A DNA stretch of 55,154 bases, filler included, from Bipalium vagum (Eukaryota), in the NCBI GenBank assembly GCA_037834085.1. It is 3 parts of 3 records of this genome, joined end to end, with 100 filler letters (N's around TTAATTAATTAA, not from the genome) between each part and the next. Parts side by side here need not be neighbours in the genome. Positions count along the whole stretch, not along the records: positions 18,434 to 37,317 come from JBBMKC010016475.1; positions 37,418 to 55,154 come from JBBMKC010053156.1; 1 more part is not named here. The stretch is one strand, 5' to 3'. Position 1 is the stretch's first letter. Every line of letters starts with the position of its first letter. The notes below the pieces were generated by a model. That model worked only from the letters and a program-made list of their open reading frames with translations. It was not told the origin of the DNA and ran no database searches. Shown piece by piece: positions 27,627 to 39,174 of this stretch. The translations under genes were made by a program, and so were the position numbers.

Positions 27627-30600
27627 TTTAATTTTAATTAATAATAATAAAATTTTTTTACAAATATTAAGAATTTTTTTGTTAATAGCAAAATCACACC
27701 ATGGGGATTTTTCGGGAGATTAGGCTAATGGATTTCATGTCAGGAATCCATTAGCCTCGACAGGAGACTATCTCGGCGTAGAGATAGTGAGTGGCTATTA
27801 AGGAAAAATAGCCGTCTCCTTGTATAGTCTCTACGACTATAAAAGGAGATGGCTATTCCCGTTAATAGCGAGGAAACAAAACCAGAAAAGCCGTTAGAAA
27901 TCGTTATTGATTCGATTTCAGCATTAACGTAATCCTTGAACGTGATTTTATTTTACCCTTAATAAAGTTTTTTTGTGATTTGAATCGATTTAGCAATTGT
28001 AATTGTTGTGTTAGTGCAAATAAAGTTTTATTTCGAATTGGTTCTTAAGGGTGCGAATACAGTATTGTGGACGGTGATTTAAATACAAAAATGTTGAGAG
28101 GAATTACGAACACAACGAGTTATTAAAAATGAGAAGTCACGAGCAGACGAACACACTTTGCTACGTTTTAGTATAATAGTAACAATTTTAAGATACCCAG
28201 AGAAAAAGATCTGTAGGTGAAAATGCAGTAGAACGTAATGAATTGATTGATAGATACACAATGCTTAATTTGTTTAAACATTTCAAAGAGATAGATATGT
28301 ACATTTTTCGATGGACCTCGTTCCGGTCGGTAATTCTTGGTGAACAATAAAACTTTACAGAAAATGGTGATAAATAATCTACATAAAAGCACGAAAAGTT
28401 TATCAGTAGCACTTGGGCAATCCAAATATACTATAAATAGATCCTTACATAAGCTTGGATTTTCTGGGAAAGTACCAAAAGAAGATTCACATAAAGTAAC
28501 AATTTAGAGATGATCGCAGGATATTTATTTGCACTAAATTGCTAGAAAGTTATCTTAATGGTCATTTCTGGAAACAGATTATAATTCGGAATGAGAAAAG
28601 GATATTCTTCCAAAATTATGAAAGATTTAACGCCTTCAGACTACAACTTATTTCTCTCTATGTCTGCATTTTTCGGGATTGGCGGTTTGTTCATTGATAA
28701 AGAAGGAATAAATTTCAAATATTAATCATCTTTTTTTCTTTTATGTATATTTAAATAAATGTTGTTCTGTGGGAAAAGACTTTTGATACACCCTAACAGT
28801 TAAATTTAAAAACAAGCATAATAATACAATAAAACGAAAATGAGAATTAAATAATGTTAAACTAAGGATATTTATTCAGTAAAAGTAATTTCCATTACAT
28901 TTATTGCATTGTTGCCAACGCGAGGGTAATTTATAAATTCCAATTTTCCCATTTCCTGTAAAAGAAAATCTTTACAACATCAATGCTATTCAAAATGCTT
29001 TCAGTGAGTTTATCAATTACAGAAAGCCGGATTTTCATGTAATTGGAATAAATATACTTATTTCGCGTTGGCAGAAATGCATTGCTTGTTATTGATCATA
29101 TTTACAATTAATGGATATTTGATTAATTTAATAATAATTATTAATCTTTAATTTATTAATTATTTATAATTAATAAATTATTTATTTATTTATAAATATT
29201 TATGGATCACATATTATAACAGATAAATTAAATGAGTTTAACAATCCACCAATCTTAAAACTTTCAACAATATCTACCACCACATCCCACTGGTAAAGAA
29301 TTTAGAAATGGTTGATAATATTATTGAGATCCTCCAATGGCAGATTTTACATGAATTACACAATTAAAATTACATTAATATATTTATTTTCAAAACTTAC
29401 TCTTTGTTTTATTTTCTCATTCAAAAAAAATAAAACTATTTGAAAAAACACATCAAATACGGTCGAGTCGCTCAGAAAAATTTGTCCTTTAAACCTCATG
29501 GGATAGGAATCCTAGCAAATATTACGATCATTAATAAGCATACATTAGACAACCTGAAAAGATATATAACCGTATTTAAGCATTTTCGTATCACAAAGGG
29601 CTTCCAGAATTCGTTTATTTATTCCGTGGAAGTTGAAGAGAAATTTGTAGCCAAATATTTGACAGTCCTCATCCGATATTATCGCATCTAAGCTCATGTA
29701 AAATAATCTGATCACATTTAGAAGGGGAATCTTATCAAGATCCCAATCACCTGAAAGAAGCAAGATTATAAAAAGTATTTTTGGCATTTTTGTATATTTC
29801 CATATTATTTTATATTATCTTATAAATTATATATATATATATATTATATTTCCACCCGGTCTTCTGAAATCGATGAACTCTTGGAAGGCATTCCGAAAAG
29901 CATTGGAAGATTTTTCTCTTGCAGGAACTGGAAAAGATGATAAAATGATTGTGATTAGGCGACAGGTCCGTTAAATATTATGGATTAGGCAGACATTCAT
30001 ATCTAAATCATTCAACTTATGTAGGCATTGTTTGGCAATGTGTGAACAATATTGTCGCAAAGAATTATTGGAGGTTACAATGCGATGAAGAAATAGGGCT
30101 TTGTTGTTATAAAATAAAATGACAGACCGAATTTCATAACGACGATTTTTCTGAAAATCGTTCAATCCATGAGGCATCCATTTACAGAGCGTCGATGTTT
30201 TCACAAGATGGTGGAAATGTTGAGTGACTGACTCATGGCTTTTGGTAAGTCTCCCTCCGTTGTACATAAAAATGTCCTCGCTAATATCTTTAATTTACCA
30301 TTTTTGAACTGCTGAGGAACGTCCACGACTTGCATAACTTTGGAACCTTTTATTTCCACTCCTAAGAGTTTTGAACCAGTTTTGCACGGTGTTCTATTTT
30401 ACAATATTACACATATATGATTCTTCTCTTTCCTTCCCATCAGTTTTGATCTTCCCGGAATTCTCTTTAACCAACCTAAATCTAGAGATTTATTCCGCCG
30501 ATTAAATCCGGTGTGACTTTCTCTACTACTGTAAAGTTCACCAGTTTTGACTCATTTGCTACTCTCACCAAAATTGAGCATTTTCCTACTATTTTCAATT

Positions 30601-32578
30601 GGCTATTGTTCGCACACCTTAATCTGTCATTACTTCTCACTACTTCCACGTCTTTAAACTTATTCAAAATTTTCCTTCTCATCACACTGACCCCAGCTCA
30701 GTATCTAATAAGCATTCGAATCTTTGTTCTTGAATCTCTACCGTTATACTTGGTCTTCCGTTCATCACTCTGTCTATTATAAAGAAATATCCTCCTTCAG
30801 TCACAGCTCCCACATCTTCATCATTCTCCACATCACTAAAGTCTTTCTTCATGAATTTCCACACTTTTGCCCACATTCTTCTTTGCACCGGGCGCCCCTT
30901 TGGTAATCATCGCTGACGACGTTTAATATAAGGCTCCTACTAACTCCCCAACTAGCGGAGTCCTGTCTTTTGGGTACTGACTTTTCTCTTCTTCGCACTC
31001 GACCAGTCTATCACCGTCAACTTCCTCTTCTAATGCATTTAAATTATTCCTTCTATAAACTTTCTCTGGACCTCTGATCCTCTGTAATTGAAAACGTCTA
31101 CCATCATGAAGGTTCGTATAACATTCTCTTTTACTTTGCCCGTTCCTGTTGCACCACCTACACTTCATATTAGGACAATTTCTCCTAATATGACCCTCCC
31201 ATAGATCTTCATGTAACAGCGCAAAAATCGCTGCTTCTCTTTTCTTTATTGGGGTCTCCTTAATGTCAAAGTATCTTTGACATGTTTTTGACACCCTTTT
31301 CTAAGAACATCAGGAGCTATTCTGTCTGCGATCGAGTCCGACAGTGTTGATGCCGCAAAGTTATATTCTTGTGTAGTCATTTTTAAATAATAATTCAAAG
31401 TCGAAGCAATAATCATATATTTCATTAAATCCGATTAACCAAATAAACTTTTCAAACTTGGACCTCACCTTTTATTAAAATTAAATTATTTACTTTTTTA
31501 AAATTAACCAACATTTATTTGAAATATTTATTTTAAAATTTAAAAAACGTAACATTATAATTTTTAAAAACTTTAAATTAAAAACATTTAATAATTGTTA
31601 ATTATGGCGCGAGGTCCTTATTTAAAAAAATTCAAACAGACTAATTCTTCGAATCACTCCTTATAATATTAAAATATAATTAACTCATTTAAAGGTTTTT
31701 AGTATTCAAATGGCGTGCAGAAATTTAATCATTCCTTCCTTTTTACTGTATGAATATGGATACATATTAATATAAATTAATCATAATTAATAATCACATA
31801 TGAAAATGCAAAAAAACAATTTTTGTGCTTTCAAACTGTATATAAATTAATGCGTTCAAACAAATATTTTCCAAAGAGTCTGTTGTCAAGTGTGTATACT
31901 TAAAACACGCAATTATTTTCTTAGCAACCTAATGATATAATACAACGTAAAATATTATGAAAAAAAGAAAACGTATACAATAAAATAATAAATCTCTCAA
32001 TAATAGAAGTTCTAGAAAGTCATTTCACAGAGATTTAGAAATCGAAACAATTAATTCAGGTTATAAAGCGCAAGTGTAAAGTAATAAAGAAATTAAAACT
32101 AACTATATCTAAGTAGTATAATTCTCTCACCAGAGTCGATATTCCCAAGAGGGAGAAAAAATCTATAATATAAAGTCAGGTGGGTTTTTTCAACGTAATA
32201 ATAAATACTTCACCTAATATTTAAATATTCTTCAAACATAGGATCATTGATACTATAGGGTTTGAAGTAGCTTGGAATACCTCTTTCTGATGCCCTCACT
32301 GTACAAAAATTGTCGATTCTTTTCTGCGCCTTGATGTGATCAAACTTTGATACTCTCAGAAATCTTAGCAAAAATTCTGCATCTAAATCATGATAATAAT
32401 TTTAAGTGAGAGAAAAACACATGTTTGTACCAGTAGGACATTGGAGGTGGGGCATCGATTGAACCCACCTTCGCAGACTTTCAATGTGAGCATTAATTTG
32501 ATCAGGATTTTCACCTAATTCTTTGACTGTAAACTCTTTCGTCTTCTCATCGACTTTGTATTCGTATCTATTGGACAT
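26878..32578 (-). CDS. CRAL-TRIO domain lipid-transfer protein (alpha-tocopherol transfer protein/clavesin-like), 7 exons, 324 aa
   Basis: Exons 32578-32431, 32382-32214, 32162-32104, 29750-29554, 29511-29401, 27210-27099 and 27056-26878. All introns are GT-AG with matching phases (1,2,1,0,0,1), giving 975 nt open. Motifs: KELGENP, WVQSMPHL, DAEFLLRFLRVSKFD, DEDCQIFG, QDSYPMRFKG, ILLKEYGG, VNESKRP...GTYTKFE. Confidence 0.92.
27389..28795 (+). mobile_element. mariner element remnant with TIRs, inside CRAL-TRIO intron 5
   Basis: TAGGGTATATCAAATGTCTTTT versus the reverse complement of the right end TAGGGTGTATCAAAAGTCTTTT. Peptides DGPRSGR, LHKLGF, FWKQIIIRNEKRIFFQN, DLTPSDYNLF. Confidence 0.75.
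27702..28061 (+). mobile_element. Hairpin-rich LTR-like insertion inside the mariner
   Basis: GC-richer block with three inverted repeats, TATAAAAG (27838) and two AATAAA (27961, 28019). The TG...CA ends are tentative and no TSD was found. Confidence 0.45.
28900..29110 (+). mobile_element. mariner C-terminal remnant
   Basis: AFSEFINYRKPDFHVIGINILISRWQKCI matches the Hsmar-type C-terminus. Confidence 0.7.
29850..30410 (-). mobile_element. mariner transposase remnant (CRAL-TRIO intron 3)
   Basis: TVQNWFKTLRSG, KWMPHGLNDFQKNRRYEI...FLHRIVT, DLSP. Confidence 0.75.
30410..31470 (-). mobile_element. Gypsy LTR retrotransposon fragment: gag (central deletion), zinc knuckles, protease
   Basis: ATG at 31380 gives MTTQEY...DRIAPDVLRKG and CQRYFD. 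Knuckles GHIRRNC and CRWCNRNG..KREC, gag end GELVGALY*, protease GRPSIT...CLLDT and LRCANNSQL. Homologous to the element at 50500. Confidence 0.85.
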
Positions 32579-33124
32579 TTAAGTTCTATTACAATGAATA
32601 AATATTCCGATGCACAGATATTTATACAAATCTTGTTTGCTGTGATGAAGTCCAGCACATGGAAGTTTTGTTCATTAAGATAAACTTTCGTCATATTATT
32701 ATTACCAATTAACGATAACATAAACTTATTATTATGCTTAATAAATAAATAATAAATTTGAGGAATATTTAAAACTTTTATTGAAAAATTAGAGGCAAAT
32801 TAAAGACCTTTTGAACGAGTGGTTGTCATGGACATAGAATAAACGAAGCTTTAAAACGTTAAATTCAAATATTGAAAGAAATTAGCCAGTTGAATCAAAC
32901 AACTGGCAAAAAAATTTCATTGGTTAATGTTTTTTGTTGCCAAGTAACAAATACGATAATTTTTAAAATGGTAAATCTGCCAATGGACTAAAAAGAAAAA
33001 TTGAAAAAATCATTGGTTTTCCGAAAATTAATTCGTATTATTAGGTCAGTACAAAAATAATGGTCGTTTTTAAGGAAATAATTTAAAATTCAAAGACTCA
33101 ATTCGAACTAAACTTTTTAATCAA

Positions 33125-33810
33125 GGACTGATCAGAGCCATGAAGTAATATAGGGCCTCTCACATTGACAAATGATTGTTGTGTGGTAGAACTTTTCTTG
33201 AATTATATCTAGTTCTCGGATGTATATCTCTCGGCAGTAATGGTAACAACAGATTTCAGAAACCTCAAATTAATGAGACCAGAGGTATATCACCAAACGC
33301 TCACCATAACATTTTTCAGATGTATCATTGGCTATGGAAATTGTCTTGGACACTTACATGATCCAACCATCGATCAGATCGTTGTTGATTTTTGAACAGC
33401 AACCATTTCTCAACACAGGTTACTATACAATCAAGAAACGCTTATGTAGAAGTCTAAAACAGACATTATATCGATGGTTTCTTGGATAGTCGGTCAACTT
33501 ATGGGTTACCAATTTTTTCATCTTCTTGACCTTTTCAATTGTGTTCAGGTGGGTCAGAACTGTTATTTGATGAACTTTGGCGTTTTACTCTACTTTCCCT
33601 CTGATTATCCTAGGGTCTGCTTTGATCATCATTTAAAACAAAGCATCTTTAACATCTGATGAACGTCTACGACTCTTTTCATCCTGAAAACTGGTATTGT
33701 CGGTCCTAAATTTTGCAAACCAATTGGATGTGCTAGGTTCAGAAACTGATTGATCATTCTATGATTTTATTTTATTTCTGGTCACTTCCGACCAAATTTG
33801 ATTTGGTGCA
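33125..33810 (-). mobile_element. mariner transposase remnant
   Basis: NWFAKFRTD, FLDCIVTCVEKWLLFKN, VMVSVW, ITAERY and GPILLH appear in mariner order. Confidence 0.8.
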
Positions 33811-36388
33811 AAAAAAATTATACGAATTTTTGGTTTTGAAAGTATTTCTAAAATGGCTAACAAATAAATTTATACACTAAAACAAATAACTATTTCCTCA
33901 TTAAGCAGAAAACACACTTTAAAATTATATATGTAACAATATTAAATTTATTCTAAAAATATTGATACAGACAATGTAAACTAATAAAAGGACAAGCGGC
34001 CATTTAATTTTCACCAATCGAATAATTACTTTAGATCGTGGGTTCGTCTTGAAAACTCGAATGAAAGCAAAATAATATTATAATAATACTAGTACCAATG
34101 TTAAAGTTGTTTACCTTTAAGCTCTTTACTATTCCTACCAAAGTCTCAAGATTTCGTTAACATCTAAAATTGTACTTTCGATTTTAAGATTATTTACCCC
34201 GAAAATATTTATTCCAAATAATCATAGGAATATTAATCAAATAAGTAAACATTAAATGTCTGGTAATGTCTGAAGTTTAAAGGTATTTATTACAAAGTCT
34301 AAAAACTCCAAAGCTTCTTCATTGAAAGCTTCTTCAAGTTTATTGAAACACGAAGTATTTATAAATTCACAACTTTTACTAATTTTCATGTTTTACTGTT
34401 CTCTTTAATATTTCCTATAGATTTGAAAGTACTTTTTCGAGAACCAAAAGAAAAATAAATGTCTGTTTTGTTTTTGATAATTTTTCCATAAACAATCCAT
34501 AAAACTGTTAGCTTGTTTGGGGATATAATAGTTTAGTTTTGTGGCCTCGACTTTAATGTTATTGACCCTTTTATATAATTTTTTCACTGAACATTAATAT
34601 CAATAAGATTTCGTTACTGAAAATTAGTAAGCTTCTGTTGCTTAATAAAAATTTACTTTAAATTTTATTTATTTAATTATATTTTTAAGAAAAATAAAAT
34701 AAAATAAATATTTAAGTAACACAATCACAGTTTCATTTTTCAAATCACTCTCATTGCAAATATGAGCGTTAGTTTCAATATCTCTTTCAGTTATTCCTCC
34801 ATATAAGCTATTCCTTGAGAACTTCAGAAAATTATTTTTATTTTCTGCTAATTCATCTATGTAATATTTCATTTTTCTTCAAATATTCAAAATCTTCTTA
34901 ATAAAAAATTCTTAATATTTTCCACTTACATCTTATAATTTCTTGTATCAGTTGTAGCAGTTAATTCTGTGGATTATTTTGTTTTATATTTATGTCAAAC
35001 ATCAGATTGTTTTATTGGTTTAATTGATTTTATTTTTAAAACTTTAATATTTAAGCTTTTAAATTAACAACAAATATAAATTATTACATTGAAATTTCAT
35101 ATTTTGGCAATTAAACTTGGCATTATATGAGCCAACAAAAGAACATTGGTGATGTTCCATATTTTAATTATTCAATTCAAAGAAAACTCCAGTTGAAATT
35201 AGATTCCAGTTAGAATTTAGCCTATTATTAATAAAATTTTTATTGTGATAATTTAACTGTTGTGAATACTTTGATAAAGGTTATTAAAATCTTTATTATC
35301 AATGCAAGCTTATCATAAGAGACAAAAATTTTGACAGATTTTCTATGAGTCAATTGAAATAATTTGATAAAATGGACAGAGATATTGATTATGAATTATT
35401 CGACTGAGACTTGTTCAAATCTATTGTTCTTAATAAAATATGGTAAGACGTGGGTCCAATGATTCGATCCAGTGAACAAGTGAGATTGATTTGATCATAT
35501 ATTCAAGCACGATCTACAAAAACCGTAATATCATTTCTTAAGAAAAACCATCCATGGTCCATCATCTCTTTCATACATATGGCACATCCAACATTTTCAG
35601 TGAAAAGCATCTTAATTAATGTTCTACTTTTTAATTGAACCATACACAAAATAATTATTTAATGAGGTAAACAAATATTTTTATCTTAAGATGTCCCATT
35701 AGTTCATTTTATCAGAATAAGTGTTATTAAAAATATAATTATAATATAATATTCATTAATTTTTAAATTAAATTTACTTTCAAAAAATTCTGAATTTATT
35801 AATATGATATGTAAATAAAATTCGGTTTACCTTTTTAATGATGACATAAATTCTGATATTTTAAATTTTAAATTAATAATATTTATTAAATTAATAAATT
35901 GAAAATTAAACTTTATTAAAAAAATAATTAGCGTAATAAATTAATTTTCCTAAAATGAAAAATGTTTCAGCATTTTTAAATAAATTATTTTTTAAAAAAT
36001 TTGAGTGAAAATGTATTAAATTTAAAATTTATTTACAATTAAAATAAATAATTATGTTAATTATTACCTTGAAAGTTTTTTTAATAAAGTAATATATTTA
36101 AATAATGTTTTAATTTTGCTGAATAATAATTTTGTTAAATATTAAATAATATTGTGTTTGTTTAAACAAATCAATTGAAATTTCAGGAAACCGAAAATTT
36201 TAAATTTAATAATATATTAACATTAAGAGGAATTTAGTTTATAATATGTTTTTCTCTATAAAAATAAAATTACCTTATTTAAAAAAAGCATTTAAGTTGC
36301 TATTTATTGTAAATATTAATCCGGTTTCATAGTTCATAATTTATTACAAAACGCATTGGTTTTTTCTAATAGTTTCCATAGTTTACCA

Positions 36389-37317
36389 CAGTGCTACGCA
36401 ACCTTTTCACCCACGACACACCAAAAGTTAAAAGATATAGGTATGAAATTGATACGCAAATTTTACAATAAATTTTGTTTTGTTATTCGAAAAATATACG
36501 CAAAACTATAACATATTTATTCTATAACATATTTATTTTACACAATTTTAATAATTAATGTGACACCGGCGCTTGTTTCAATGAACACAAAAGTTTTATA
36601 TTCGGCTCGATATTTGACAGCGCAACCCGGAGTTCTTGATCAAGATCTTTTAAGCATGAACGTTTATCATTTTTAATTAATACAAGAGTTGAAAAAGTTT
36701 GCTCACACACATATGTCGTCGAGAATGGAAGCAGTGTTAAGATTGCTTTGTCTGAAATGCGAGGATATTCTTTTTTAACGTAAATCCAGAAAACATCTAA
36801 TGGAACTTCGGAGAAGTGAAGTTTTAATGTCATGTCGTTACTTAAATCTATGAATTCATCTCGAATTTGCAGAGGCAGTGCTTCCGTAGAATTTATTGCA
36901 TTGATTGCAAATGGATTTCGAATCCAATCGTATATTTCCGTATTAATGGAATAAAAATATTGTTCAAATTTCTGCTGAAGCATACTTAAATGTTCTTGGG
37001 CCAAATCCAAAATTAATTGTTTGCTTTTAATTGTACTATGGTTGATCCTTTGGAACATCTCCAAGCATCCTTTTTGCAACTCTTTCTGCCAAAGTTCAAG
37101 TTTTATTTTCAGCCCCTGTAATTTGTCGGCGCTCGTCAATATATTCTCATTGCTACCTTGCATTTTTTTTATTAAGTTCGTTCAAATGTTCAAATATATC
37201 AGCCATGTATGCAAGCTTGGTTATCCAGTAATCATCATCAAGGTATTGGTATAGTTCGGGCATATTTTGAATTAAAAGAAACTCACGTACTTCGTGACGA
37301 AGCTCAAACAATCTAGC
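36389..37317 (-). mobile_element. hAT (Buster-type) transposon, 3' part truncated by the assembly spacer
   Basis: Transposase C-terminus KLAYMADIFEHLNELNK-MQG...WIRNPF...LLPFSTTYVCEQTFS...ELRVALSNIEPNI (hATC dimerisation domain). TIR CAGTGCTACGCAACCTTTT at 36389 is flanked by the 8-mer GTTTACCA, which fits the Buster nnnTAnnn target. Confidence 0.92.
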
Positions 37318-37417
37318 NNNNNNNNNNNNNNNNNNNNNNNNNNNNNNNNNNNNNNNNNNNNTTAATTAATTAANNNNNNNNNNNNNNNNNNNNNNNNNNN
37401 NNNNNNNNNNNNNNNNN
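37318..37417. other. Artificial contig-join spacer N44-TTAATTAATTAA-N44
   Basis: Identical to 18334-18433. Confidence 0.95.
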
Positions 37418-39174
37418 TTGATTCATTCTATTGCGTACACGTATAGGAACAAGTGAAGGGGTCAGTAACGTTACGAGCTAAGGTTACGACTGGGATTATT
37501 AGTGAATTAATATCGTAACAATCGTAACAAATAAAATAAAATCTAAAAATAATCCTGTGTTATGATTGGTCTGCTTATAACATGGGGTTGTTAAAGTAAA
37601 ATAGTACCGAGTTTTTATATAATTTTCTCCCAATCATGATATTTCCTCCGGAATTTTGCTCAGGCTCAAACCCTACTTGTTGAATAACAAGTGATTGATA
37701 TCATAAGCTGGAACTGAACTGAAACATAAATATCACAATCTTAGATATTAGTTTAAAAAGGAAAATCGATTCATTTTTCTTTTATTACTTTAAATTCATT
37801 CAAAACTACATTTTATTATATTACCTATCATCGAGTTTGATATTATCACAATTATATTTTAGCGTGACGTTGACTTGCGTTGATCGTTGAAACAAAAATA
37901 ACGCTCTATTGACACGATTTGACTAATCAGTTTTGTTTTTCGAATAATAAAGTTTGTCTTACACATGTATTATAATCATATTATTTATATTATAAATATA
38001 ATAATTTCTTAAAAGATTTGATTGGATAAATAAATAAATTGGATTGATTCATAAATGAGAACTTCAAAAAGTAAATTTAGTTAATAATCTGTCCAAAATT
38101 ACTAATACAAGTAATAAAATTATGATAAAAATACCAAAACGAATTCAATGTTTTACCATGGCACATTTCAAATCTCGATTTTGATCCTTTATATACCTCT
38201 GCCCCACAAAACATTCAAAATACATGACAATTTTAACTAAAAACGACTCAACACTTAATCCATTGCTAAAGCATTCCAAGTAAAAATTGATTATCACCAT
38301 TTGTGAAACAAATTTTAATAAATCGAGCAAACTAAGTTTTTGATTTCCAAAAAATATTTAAATACGTTATAAATGAAATTTGGTCGATAAAATTTTTTTA
38401 AGGTACCAAATTTTAACAAAAACGTAAATATTTCATCGAAATTGAAAAAAACATTGACAATGTTATACGGCCTGATGAATATTAGTTCGAAAAAAAAAAT
38501 ATCCAACAAAACAAATCTTGTTTATTTATGACAGAAAAATTCCATTTCGACCTCATTTCAACATAAACGCGATCTGTCACTGACAAGAGTGATATATTCT
38601 GTAATATTTGAATTGTTGAACTAGTTCAGTAGGAAAAAAAATTAGCTCGTTTTTCTCTTCATATAATCACAGAAAATTCACTGACAAATGAAATTTGTTG
38701 CTAAAAAAATAACATAAATAACGATTTTTGTCGATATTTCAATTTATAAATAGAGGAAGTTTACATTTTGAAAAATTGCACAATTAAACGTTTTTTTAAT
38801 ATAAATTTAATAATAATATGGTTTTAACATTGTTTTTGCTTAATAAATTCATTTATCATTCCATTTCCGATGAAATTTGTGAATAGATACGATTTAACCA
38901 AACTATATGGACACATGGCTTCTATATAGTCATTAAACTGAAGATCAATATTTCCGGAAGATATATTTCATTCTGGATCAAGATCAATGAAAATTGTAAT
39001 TCAATTCCGTTGTATTATTGGATTTATACCTGGCAAATGGTTACTTGACAACATTCCACAATGGACTACATAGTGAACTTTGGTCTTCGTTCCAGACTTT
39101 CTATTATTATTAAGCTAAATCAGTTTCGAAATGGACATTATTGTAATAACTAATGAAAAGTAAGCTTGATCAAC

